A DNA stretch of 64,000 bases from an uncultured Acidobacteriota bacterium (lineage in GTDB: Bacteria > Acidobacteriota > Thermoanaerobaculia > Gp7-AA8), in the NCBI GenBank assembly GCA_963741955.1, contig CAVUKB010000010.1, positions 32,001-96,000 of the forward strand, given 5' to 3'. Positions 17,523 to 26,669 of this stretch are shown one piece after another. Below the pieces are notes generated by a model, which was not told where the DNA came from, ran no database searches, and worked only from the letters and a program-made list of their open reading frames with translations. Position 1 is the first letter of the stretch. Each line of letters opens with the position of its first letter. A program made the translations under genes and the position numbers.

Positions 17523-19532
17523 ATGACACCTCCGGAGCCACTGTCTTCCGTCGGAAAGAGGGTCCGGGACGGCATTTCCGGGCCGGACCGGCTCCTGGCT
17601 GCAGTCCTCGCCATCGCGACGTTCGCGGTCTACGTCTCCGGAGCCTGTCGCACGATCTTCGTGGGCGACAGCGGCGAGCTGGTCACGGCCGCGCACGTGC
17701 TGGGGATTCCTCATCCCTCCGGGTACCCGTTGTACGTCCTTCTCGGCAAGCTGTGGACGCTCGTTTTTCCTTTCGGGTCGATCGCATGGCGGATGAGCAT
17801 CTTCAGCGCGCTCTTCGCCGCGGCTGCAGTGGGAGTTCTCGCGCTCGCGGTGCGGGAGACGGGAGCCGGACGGATCGCAGCGGCATTTGCGGGGTTGCTT
17901 CTCGCATTCTCCGGAAGTTTCTGGGCCGAAGCGAACATCCAGCGCGTCTACTCGCTGAACGCGCTCGCCGTCGCGCTGGCGACACTCCTCGCGTTCCGGT
18001 GGTTCCGCACCCGCCGCACCTCGAGCCTCGTGCTTGCGTCGGTCGTCTGCGGGTTGGGTGCGGCGAACCACACCTTCATGGCCGTCTACGCCATCGCGCT
18101 CGCAATCGCGGTGGTCTGGTGCGAGCCGGCGGTTCTCCGGCAGTGGAAGTTGCTCGGTGCGTCGGCGGCCGCGTTTGTTGCCGGTCTTCTCCCGTATCTG
18201 TACCTCCCGATCCGCGCGAGGATGCATCCGGTCCTGAACTGGGACGATCCGGAGACGCTCCGCGGGACTCTGGACGTGATCCTGCGGCGCGAGTTCTGGG
18301 GTCGATCGTGGATCGAGACGCCGTTCGATTTCGTGCGCATCGGCGCCGATTTCGGAGCGAGCCTCCTGACCGAGCTCGTATGGGTCGGAGTGCCGCTCGC
18401 GATCGTAGGGATGGTGCTCTGGAGGCGGAAGCGGTGGCCGGTGATACTCCCGCTCGCGGTGATCACGCTGAACGTTCTCGTGGTCGGAATGCACGGATCG
18501 CAGCACGACATCTTCGTCTGGCATCGGTACTACATTCCTGCGTACGCGATGGCCGCGATTCTCGCCGCCCTCGGTCTCGACTCGATGACGCGGTTCGTTC
18601 CGCGGCCGCTCGCAGCTGCAGTCCTCATCATTCCGCTCGCGACGGCGCTGGTTGCGTATCCGAGATACGACCGCTCGAGGTTCCGGATCGCCGAAGATTT
18701 TTCCCGGCAGGTCCTGGAGTGCCTTCCTCCCGGCGCGACGCTCTTCGCGAACGACGACAACGTCCTTTTCGTGCTGATCTATCTCCACGACGTCGAACAC
18801 GTGAGGCCCGACGTGAAGCTTCTGATGGAAGGAGTCGGCGGGACACATTACCCGAACTTCACGTTCGATCCAGATGTCGATCCGGTCTTCTTCACGCACG
18901 ATCCCAACTGGAGAGTTCCCGGACTGGAGATCGTACCGGTCGGACCGCTGTTCCGGGCCTGGCGAAGTGGGCGCCCGGCGCCCCCTCGATGCATCGAGTC
19001 CCTGCATCTCGACGGCGAGCTCGATCCGGCGGTTCCGAAAGACTTCCTGACGCAGAATCTGATCGGGCACTTCCACTACATGCTCGGCCGGACGCTGAGC
19101 CTGGATGACTGGAATGCGGGGACGCGCCAGTACCGCGAGGCGGTCGCAGCAGCGCCGCAGAACGATGTCCTCTTCTACAATCTGGGCGTGATTTACTCGG
19201 GCGCGGGGCTATACGACGAAGCGATCGGGTTCTTTCGCCATTCCGCTGCGCTGACTCCGCGCGGAATTCCTTCGCAGGCGAGCACGAGCGGCCATGCGGA
19301 GGGGGGAAGAGCACAGGCTTCGAGCAAAGTGCCGCCACTCCTCGTCGAGCGCGAGCGTATCCGGCAGATCGAGTCTTCCCTGGTCGCGAGCCATTCGGAT
19401 CTCGCCGCTTTGCGGGCGGGGTCAGCTGCGTACCACGCCCGTCTGGCGGAGCTTCTTGCGGCGTTGGGTGAAACGACTGCCGCGCGGGGGGAGACGCTGT
19501 CGGCGCTGAACCAGGATTCCGATACTGAGTGA
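17523..19532 (+). CDS. DUF2723 (TMEM260-like) GT-C membrane glycosyltransferase with TPR
   Basis: GDSGELVTAA-LGIPHPSGYPLY, VYSLN, YLYLPIRA-LNW and DDNVLF motifs; multiple TM helices. Confidence 0.85.
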   Translation: MTPPEPLSSVGKRVRDGISGPDRLLAAVLAIATFAVYVSGACRTIFVGDSGELVTAAHVLGIPHPSGYPLYVLLGKLWTLVFPFGSIAWRMSIFSALFAAAAVGVLALAVRETGAGRIAAAFAGLLLAFSGSFWAEANIQRVYSLNALAVALATLLAFRWFRTRRTSSLVLASVVCGLGAANHTFMAVYAIALAIAVVWCEPAVLRQWKLLGASAAAFVAGLLPYLYLPIRARMHPVLNWDDPETLRGTLDVILRREFWGRSWIETPFDFVRIGADFGASLLTELVWVGVPLAIVGMVLWRRKRWPVILPLAVITLNVLVVGMHGSQHDIFVWHRYYIPAYAMAAILAALGLDSMTRFVPRPLAAAVLIIPLATALVAYPRYDRSRFRIAEDFSRQVLECLPPGATLFANDDNVLFVLIYLHDVEHVRPDVKLLMEGVGGTHYPNFTFDPDVDPVFFTHDPNWRVPGLEIVPVGPLFRAWRSGRPAPPRCIESLHLDGELDPAVPKDFLTQNLIGHFHYMLGRTLSLDDWNAGTRQYREAVAAAPQNDVLFYNLGVIYSGAGLYDEAIGFFRHSAALTPRGIPSQASTSGHAEGGRAQASSKVPPLLVERERIRQIESSLVASHSDLAALRAGSAAYHARLAELLAALGETTAARGETLSALNQDSDTE

Positions 19533-19640
19533 TCGACGCCGGAAACGGGGGAGATGCGCCTCGACCATGGCGGCTCACTCTCTCCCGCCATTCCCGTTGT
19601 GGTAGCATTTCCGTCTCGGTAAATTTCGAGGAGGTTGTTC

Positions 19641-22600
19641 ATGCGTCCGACGGCGGTGCTGCGTGTCCTGGTTCTTTCTCTCTTCATTCCGCTGGCGGTG
19701 GTCGCACAGACCCCGATCGGTTCAGAAACCCAGATCAACGCCGCGACGGCCGGCGACCAGATGTCACCCGGCGTGGCCGTGGACGGGGCCGGCAATTTCA
19801 CCGTGGTCTGGAACGATCTCCTGGCAGGGACGATCGCGGCCCATCAATTCGATTCGACTCCCGCCTCTCTCGGTGGAGACTTCCAGGTCAGCACGGCGAG
19901 CGCCTACAACAATACTCAGCCGAGCATCAGCATGAAACCGACCGGCGAGTTCGTGGTGGCCTGGGATCGATCGAGCGGGTATTACGCGGGCGAGCCGGTT
20001 GCCCGCGTCTTCTCGGCGAACGGGACTCCGGTGACCGGTGAGATCACGATCGCCAGTACGTACACCAGCTTCACCAGTTCGCAGCCTCGCGCCGCGATGG
20101 ACGGAAGTGGGAACTTCGTCGTCTCGTGGAATGATCCGTATGGTGGAATCAAGGCTGGCCGGTTCGACAGCGGAGGAAACACCCTCGTCACGCCGTTCGT
20201 CGTCTCCTCGTATGCATCGACCTCCTATCCTTCTGCGGTCGCGACCGATTCGACGGGAAATTTCGTCGTGGTGTGGGAAGAGTACACATCCGGATCGAGC
20301 GACGACGTCTGGGCCGCACGCTACGACCCCAACGGAGTGATTCAGCCGGGCTCTCCGTTCATGGTCAATACCTACACGACAGACAGGCAGCTTCTTCCTG
20401 CGGTGTCGATGGATGCGAGCGGGAACTTCGTCGTGGTGTGGGCGAGCAGGCAGTTCTACGGAGCGCAATACGACATCTTCGGACAGAGGTTCGACTCCAC
20501 CGGCGCGCAGGTCGGAGGAGAGTTCCAGGTCAATCAGGATACGAGTTACGACGAAAATCGGCCCGCGGTTGCACTCGATTCGGGTGGCCATTTCGTGGTG
20601 GTTTGGAACAGCAGTCCGTACGCCCTGATCGGGGCGAAATCCGGCGGCCGAGTCGTGAGCGAGACAGGGTCCCCGAGAACCTCTGCCACCGCGAACGGCG
20701 GAAAGCGTCGCGCCCAGATGCTCGATGGGAGCGGCAGCGGAATCGGAGGGATCGTCTTCGACGGCAGCAGTGTGACGCCAACGCCGATCGGCTCCGATTT
20801 CATGGTCAACACGTACACCACCAACGGCCAGGTGAATCCGTCGGTCTCCCTGAACGATCAGGGAAGATTCGTCGTGACCTGGCAGAGCTACGGTCAGGAC
20901 GGGTCGGGGAACGGAACTTTCGGTCAGGCCTTCGCGATCGCGATTCCATGCCCGGCGGCATTCACCAGCATCTTGCCGGCGAACGCCTCGACCGTTCCTT
21001 CGAGCGGAACGCTCTCGTGGGCGACGGACGTCGCCGCGGACACGTACGACGTGCTGCTGCAGGACAGTCTGGGCGGCACGATCACGCCGCCGACTCAGAC
21101 CGGACTGACCACCACCAGCGTGGCGTACTCCGGGCTCGCTCCCGGAACGTACAGTTGGACGGTTACGGCGAACAAGGTGGGATGTAATCCCATCTCGAGC
21201 ACGCAGAGCTTCACCGTGCCGACCTGTCCGACCTCGTTCACCAGCATCTCTCCGGCCGACACCTCGACCGTGCCGTCGAGCGGAACTCTCTCGTGGGCGA
21301 CGGATGCCCCGGCGGACACGTACGACCTGGTTCTGAAGGACAGCCTGAACAACGTCATCACGCCACCGTCGGCGACGGGTCTGACCGCGACCAGCGCCAA
21401 CTACTCCGGGCTCGCGCCCGGAACGTACAGCTGGACTGTGACGGCAAACAAGGCTTCCTGCACGCCCGTTTCCAGCACCCAGAGCTTCACAGTCCCGAGT
21501 TGCGTTACGCTCGGGGGCTTCGCGCCTTCAACCGGCAGCAGCGCTCCGGTGGACGGGACTCTCAATTTCACCGCCACGCCGGCCGCGGATCAGTATCTGA
21601 TCTACTTCGGGCCGGCCGGCTCCGGCTGCTCGATTCTCTACCAGACGATCAGCGGCACGGGCGGAAGCTCGCAATCCGTGAGCGTTCCGTACGCGAACCT
21701 CAACGAAAATCAGAGTTACGAGTGGAAAGTCGTCGCGAAGAAGGGCTCGTGTTCCGACACGATCAGCGCATGCATGACCTTCACCACGCAGGCGAGTTGT
21801 CCGTCTACCGGTCCCGCCCTCTTCCTCCCGGCACCGGGCTCCACCGTGCAGTCGCCGGTCGAGTTCTTCTGGTCGCCGGTCGGTGGCGCCACGAGTTACC
21901 GAGTCTGGGTGTCGGTCGACGGAGGGAGCCCGGTCGTTCTGGCCACCACGAATGATCTGAAGGCGATCGTGGCCGTACCTGCAGGGGATGTCACCTGGTG
22001 GGTCGAGGCACTCCTCGGTACCGGATGTCCTGCAGTCGAGTCGGCGCACACGAGGGTGATCGTTTCGGGAGCTCCACCGCCACCTCCACCGTGCGGCATC
22101 ACCGGACAGATCCCTTCGCCGGCCGTCGTCGGCACGATCACGTCCGGTGAACCCTACGATGCACAGTGGGACAGCCTCGAAGACGCAGCCTCGTACGTCA
22201 TTCAGGAGTCGACCACTCCGAACTTCGATGAGGCGTCGACGTCGACCTTCGAGGTGACTCTCCCCACGAAGAGGTTCATCCATTCAGTAACCGTGAACAC
22301 GCCGTTCTGGTACCGCGTCGCGGCACGCCCGAAGTGCGATCCGACTCAGCTCTCCGCGTACTCGGATATTCTTCGAATCGTGATCGAACCGCCGCCGCCA
22401 CCGAATACTCCTCCCGGCAGCGGAGGGCTCGGGCTGACCACGCAGAACGGCAACACGAACCCGGTGAACACGACTCTCTTCATTCCGGGCACCGGGGGAA
22501 GCGCGAAGAACGCGGACGATGGCGGCTCCACGTTCGGGATCACGACGTCCACCTCGTGGGTGACGGTCAATCCATCGAGCGGCGCTCTTCCTCCCACCGG

Positions 22601-24221
22601 TACGACCGTGACGGTGACGGCGAATCCGACCGGCGTTCAGGTGGGAACCAATACCTCGACGGTCGGCGTCACCACCACTACGTCGACCGGGCAGTCGACC
22701 ACCACCAACGTCCCGGTGTCTCTGACTCTGGTGACCCCCGCAAACGCCACTGCAAAACCAGGCTCGCCGCCCGCGAACGCGCTCCTGATTCCGGCCGTGG
22801 CTCACGTGGAGGGTGGAAACGACACGCAGTGGGTCTCGGACGTGAGAATCACCAACACGTCGATCAATCCGATCCAGTACCTTCTGTCGTACACGCGCTC
22901 GCGTGACGACGGAACGCTGGAAGGAAAACAGACGAAGCTCACCATCAACCCCGGACTGACCATCGCGTTCGACGACGTGGTGAAGACCTGGTACGGCGTC
23001 GGCGCTCTCAATGATGGTGCGAACGGAACTCTGGAGATCCGGCCCCTGAACGCTTCCGGCAAGAATGCGGCGGATGGGCTTTCACTCGCCACCGTAGCCA
23101 CCAGCCGGACTTACAACCGCTCGGCTGCCGGTACGTTCGGACAGTTCATCCCCGGTGTTCCGATCGCGAAACTGATCGGGAAGACCCTCGGCGATGGAGC
23201 GAAGGCGCTCCTGAGCATGCAGCAGATCTCTCAGGGTGGGCCCTTCCGCACCAACTTCGGCATCGTCGAAGGTTCCGGTCAGCCGGCTACGGCGATGTTG
23301 TCGGTCTTCGACAACGGCGGAGCGAAGCTCGGCGATTTCACCATTCCGCTCAAGCCGTTCGAGCACGTGCAGCTCAATTCCTACCTCGCCGAGCAGGGCA
23401 TTTCGGTGGCGGACGGGCGGGCCGAAGTCTCGCTTCTCTCCGATACCGGGAAGGTCATGTCCTACGCCTCGGTGGTCGACGGCCGTACCGGAGATCCGAT
23501 GTTCATCCCCGGGACGAACGTCGCCGCGAACAAGTCTGACCGTTACGTGCTGGCCGGTGTCGCCGACTTCAACACCGAGATCGTTCATTGGCGGTCCGAC
23601 GTCCGGCTGTTCAACGGGGGCACGTCCCCGGTCACCGCCACGATCACGTTCTATCCGCAGGACAGTACCGAGCCGGCCGGATCGGTGCAGGTCACCGTCG
23701 CACCGGGAGAGGTGAAGGCGCTGGACGACGTTCTCGGCAGCGTCTTCGGTGAGACCAACACCGGCGGGATGCTCCAGATCACGACCCCATCCCAGTCGTC
23801 GCTGGTGGTGACCGGACGGACGTACAACAAGGAAGATTCAGGCACCTACGGGCAATTCATCCAGGGAGTGACGCCGGCCGACGCCGTCGGAGCGGGCGAG
23901 CGTGCGCTCCAGATCACGCAGGTGGAACAGTCGGATCGCTTCCGGACCAACCTCGGAATCGCCGAGGTCTCCGGCTCGCCGGTGACGGTCGAGATTCAAG
24001 CGATCGTTCCGAATACGAAGGCCACCCCGAAGATCACGGTGCAGCTCGGCGCCAACGAATTCGAACAACTCAATGCCGTGCTCACTGACCGGTTCAACCT
24101 CAGCGACGTATACAACGCGCGGATCTCGGTGAAGGTCGTCGGAGGTTCCGGGCGGATCCTGGCCTACGGATCTGCGGTCGACAACAAGACTCAGGATCCG
24201 ACCTACATTCCCGCGCAGTAG
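19641..24221 (+). CDS. Large exported Ser/Thr-rich multidomain surface protein
   Basis: SD GAGGAGG and signal peptide. N-terminal repeats (VNTYTT-Q-PxVAxDxxGNFVVVW), FN3/Ig-like modules with paired Cys, a BACON-like module, and four C-terminal units (WxSDVR-N / FRTNxGI). Confidence 0.88.
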   Translation: MRPTAVLRVLVLSLFIPLAVVAQTPIGSETQINAATAGDQMSPGVAVDGAGNFTVVWNDLLAGTIAAHQFDSTPASLGGDFQVSTASAYNNTQPSISMKPTGEFVVAWDRSSGYYAGEPVARVFSANGTPVTGEITIASTYTSFTSSQPRAAMDGSGNFVVSWNDPYGGIKAGRFDSGGNTLVTPFVVSSYASTSYPSAVATDSTGNFVVVWEEYTSGSSDDVWAARYDPNGVIQPGSPFMVNTYTTDRQLLPAVSMDASGNFVVVWASRQFYGAQYDIFGQRFDSTGAQVGGEFQVNQDTSYDENRPAVALDSGGHFVVVWNSSPYALIGAKSGGRVVSETGSPRTSATANGGKRRAQMLDGSGSGIGGIVFDGSSVTPTPIGSDFMVNTYTTNGQVNPSVSLNDQGRFVVTWQSYGQDGSGNGTFGQAFAIAIPCPAAFTSILPANASTVPSSGTLSWATDVAADTYDVLLQDSLGGTITPPTQTGLTTTSVAYSGLAPGTYSWTVTANKVGCNPISSTQSFTVPTCPTSFTSISPADTSTVPSSGTLSWATDAPADTYDLVLKDSLNNVITPPSATGLTATSANYSGLAPGTYSWTVTANKASCTPVSSTQSFTVPSCVTLGGFAPSTGSSAPVDGTLNFTATPAADQYLIYFGPAGSGCSILYQTISGTGGSSQSVSVPYANLNENQSYEWKVVAKKGSCSDTISACMTFTTQASCPSTGPALFLPAPGSTVQSPVEFFWSPVGGATSYRVWVSVDGGSPVVLATTNDLKAIVAVPAGDVTWWVEALLGTGCPAVESAHTRVIVSGAPPPPPPCGITGQIPSPAVVGTITSGEPYDAQWDSLEDAASYVIQESTTPNFDEASTSTFEVTLPTKRFIHSVTVNTPFWYRVAARPKCDPTQLSAYSDILRIVIEPPPPPNTPPGSGGLGLTTQNGNTNPVNTTLFIPGTGGSAKNADDGGSTFGITTSTSWVTVNPSSGALPPTGTTVTVTANPTGVQVGTNTSTVGVTTTTSTGQSTTTNVPVSLTLVTPANATAKPGSPPANALLIPAVAHVEGGNDTQWVSDVRITNTSINPIQYLLSYTRSRDDGTLEGKQTKLTINPGLTIAFDDVVKTWYGVGALNDGANGTLEIRPLNASGKNAADGLSLATVATSRTYNRSAAGTFGQFIPGVPIAKLIGKTLGDGAKALLSMQQISQGGPFRTNFGIVEGSGQPATAMLSVFDNGGAKLGDFTIPLKPFEHVQLNSYLAEQGISVADGRAEVSLLSDTGKVMSYASVVDGRTGDPMFIPGTNVAANKSDRYVLAGVADFNTEIVHWRSDVRLFNGGTSPVTATITFYPQDSTEPAGSVQVTVAPGEVKALDDVLGSVFGETNTGGMLQITTPSQSSLVVTGRTYNKEDSGTYGQFIQGVTPADAVGAGERALQITQVEQSDRFRTNLGIAEVSGSPVTVEIQAIVPNTKATPKITVQLGANEFEQLNAVLTDRFNLSDVYNARISVKVVGGSGRILAYGSAVDNKTQDPTYIPAQ
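20949..21500 (+). repeat. In-frame tandem duplication, 2 x 276 bp (92-aa FN3-like module)
   Basis: CP..FTSI.PA..STVPSSGTLSWATD..ADTYD...YSGLAPGTYSWTVTANK..C.P.SSTQSFTVP occurs twice. Confidence 0.9.
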
Positions 24222-24243
24222 TCTCACTACCCACCGATTTCCC

Positions 24244-24277
24244 GGGGCACGGCGTTTTCGCCGTGCCCCTTCTCTTT
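24244..24277 (+). terminator. Intrinsic terminator
   Basis: 11-bp GC stem GGGGCACGGCG-TTTT-CGCCGTGCCCC followed by TTCTCTTT, downstream of the surface-protein gene. Confidence 0.8.
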
Positions 24278-24300
24278 CCGACCGTTGCAGACAACTGGCG

Positions 24301-24316
24301 CGGCGTGATTGTTGCT
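24301..24316 (+). promoter_or_regulatory. Possible sigma54 -24/-12 promoter for the glgX operon
   Basis: cGGCGTGATTGTTGCT has the correct GG-N10-GC spacing with TTGCT, 50 bp upstream of the glgX start. Confidence 0.33.
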
Positions 24317-24365
24317 TGAGCAGAGTTCGTTTCGCGCATCCGCGCGAAGGGGGAGATTCATCTTC

Positions 24366-26558
24366 ATGGCAACCGCGAGGAGACCGCAGACAGAGAGGAG
24401 GGGATCGCAGACGGAGAGGCGGAGCCGTTCACGCCTCCCGGCGAGACTTCGGGTATGGCCGGGCAGACCGTTTCCCCTCGGTGCAACGTACGACGGTGAA
24501 GGAACGAACTTTTCGATCTTTTCCGAAGTTGCGGAGCGCGTGGAGCTCTCGCTTTTCGACGAGGAGGGGGAGGAACGTCGCGTCGAACTGAAAGAGATGC
24601 TCGGCTTCTGCTGGTACGGCTATCTTCCGGACGTCGGTCCCGGACAGCGATACGGCTACCGGATTCACGGACCATGGGCGCCGGAGGAAGGAAATCGCTG
24701 CAATGCGAACAAGCTTCTGCTCGATCCCTACGCGAAAGCGATCGACGGCAAGATCGAGTGGAACGAAGCGGTGTTCGGGTATCACTTCGAAGACCCCGAA
24801 GGTTCGAAGAACGATCTCGACAGTGCCCCCTTCGTGCCGCGATCGATTGTGATCAATCCTTACTTCGACTGGGGCAACGACCATCACCCCCGCCGGCCAT
24901 GGCACGAGACGGTGATTTACGAGACTCACGTCAGGGGAATCACCATGGAGCACCCCGACGTCCCTCCGGAGCAGCGTGGAACGTATGCGGGAATGGCGCA
25001 TCCGGCGGTGATCCGGTATCTGCGGCGACTCGGAATCACGGCGGTCGAGCTGATGCCGATTCACCAGTTCGTCCAGGATGCCCATCTGCTCGAAAAGGGA
25101 CTGCGGAACTACTGGGGGTACAACTCGATCGGGTACTTCGCACCGCACAGCGAATACGCAGCAGCACTCCGGCTCGGACAGGAGGTTCACGAGTTCAAGC
25201 GGATGGTCCGCCGCCTTCACGAGAACGGAATCGAGGTGATTCTCGACGTCGTGTACAACCACACCGCCGAGGGGAATCACCTGGGCCCCACGATCTCGTT
25301 CCGCGGCATCGACAACGCGGCGTACTATCGGCTCGTCGCCGACGATCCCCGTTATTACATGGACTACACCGGGACCGGCAACAGCCTGAACATGCGGCAT
25401 CCGCACGTGTTGCAGTTGATCATGGATTCTCTCCGGTACTGGGTTCTCGAGATGCACGTCGACGGGTTCCGGTTCGATCTCGCGGCGACGCTCGCCCGCG
25501 AGCTCCACGACGTCGACCGCCTCTCGGCCTTCTTCGACATCATTCAGCAGGATCCGGTGATCAGCCAGGTCAAACTGATTGCCGAGCCGTGGGACGTCGG
25601 CGAAGGCGGTTACCAGGTGGGCAACTTTCCTCCTCTCTGGTCGGAGTGGAACGGGAAGTACCGGGACACCGTGCGCGACTACTGGCGCGGCATGGACCAG
25701 ACGCTCGGTGAGTTCGCCTCCCGTTTCACCGGCAGCTCGGATCTGTACGAGACCACCGGCCGGCGTCCTTACGCCAGCATCAACTTCGTCACTGCACACG
25801 ACGGATTCACTCTCGAAGACCTCGTCTCGTACAACGAGAAGCACAACGAGGCGAACGGCGAAGAGAATCGCGATGGCGAGAGCTACAACCGCTCGTGGAA
25901 TATGGGAGTGGAGGGGCCGTCGGACGATCCTGAAATCCGCTATCAGCGTGCCAGACAGAGACGCAACCTGATGTCCACGCTCCTGCTTTCTCAGGGAATC
26001 CCGATGATTCTCGGAGGAGACGAGATCGGAAGAACGCAACACGGAAACAACAACGCTTATGCGCAGGACAACGAGATCTCCTGGTACCACTGGGATCATG
26101 GCGATCGCGACTTTCTCTCGTTCGTTCGCGGAATGCTGGAGTTCAGGCGCGAACACCCGGTGTTCCGCCGCCGACAGTGGTTTCTCGGTCGCGGAATCCG
26201 AGGCGAGGAGGTCGGTGACATCGCCTGGTTCAAACCGGACGGCGAGCAGCTGGCGGAAGAGGACTGGAATGCGCATTTCGCGAAATCGCTGGGAGTCTTC
26301 CTCAACGGAAGAACCATTCCCACCCTCGACGTCCACGGCGAGCGGGTGATCGACGACAGTTACTATCTTCTGTTCAACGCCCATCACGAGCCGATCCGGT
26401 TTCGCATTCCGCCGCACATCGGTGGAGGGTGGAGGCGAATTCTGGATACGACCGTGCCGACCGGTTTCGTCACCGACCAGCAGCGCTACGGCGAGGACGA
26501 TTCGGTGGAGGTCGCCGGGAGGACGCTGGTCATGCTGGAGCGACTGGAACGAGGATGA
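24366..26558 (+). CDS. glgX: Glycogen debranching isoamylase GlgX
   Basis: [48 protein letters not shown] and [13 protein letters not shown] motifs. Confidence 0.96.
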   Translation: MATARRPQTERRGSQTERRSRSRLPARLRVWPGRPFPLGATYDGEGTNFSIFSEVAERVELSLFDEEGEERRVELKEMLGFCWYGYLPDVGPGQRYGYRIHGPWAPEEGNRCNANKLLLDPYAKAIDGKIEWNEAVFGYHFEDPEGSKNDLDSAPFVPRSIVINPYFDWGNDHHPRRPWHETVIYETHVRGITMEHPDVPPEQRGTYAGMAHPAVIRYLRRLGITAVELMPIHQFVQDAHLLEKGLRNYWGYNSIGYFAPHSEYAAALRLGQEVHEFKRMVRRLHENGIEVILDVVYNHTAEGNHLGPTISFRGIDNAAYYRLVADDPRYYMDYTGTGNSLNMRHPHVLQLIMDSLRYWVLEMHVDGFRFDLAATLARELHDVDRLSAFFDIIQQDPVISQVKLIAEPWDVGEGGYQVGNFPPLWSEWNGKYRDTVRDYWRGMDQTLGEFASRFTGSSDLYETTGRRPYASINFVTAHDGFTLEDLVSYNEKHNEANGEENRDGESYNRSWNMGVEGPSDDPEIRYQRARQRRNLMSTLLLSQGIPMILGGDEIGRTQHGNNNAYAQDNEISWYHWDHGDRDFLSFVRGMLEFRREHPVFRRRQWFLGRGIRGEEVGDIAWFKPDGEQLAEEDWNAHFAKSLGVFLNGRTIPTLDVHGERVIDDSYYLLFNAHHEPIRFRIPPHIGGGWRRILDTTVPTGFVTDQQRYGEDDSVEVAGRTLVMLERLERG

Positions 26559-26669
26559 CTTCAGCGCAGCCACGAATGCCTGAACCGGAAGAAGCGATGG
26601 GGGAGGATCCCGAGGCTGCTCTGCGGCAGTAGAAGCGGCGTCGACGATCCGGGTTAAGATTCGCTTCGA

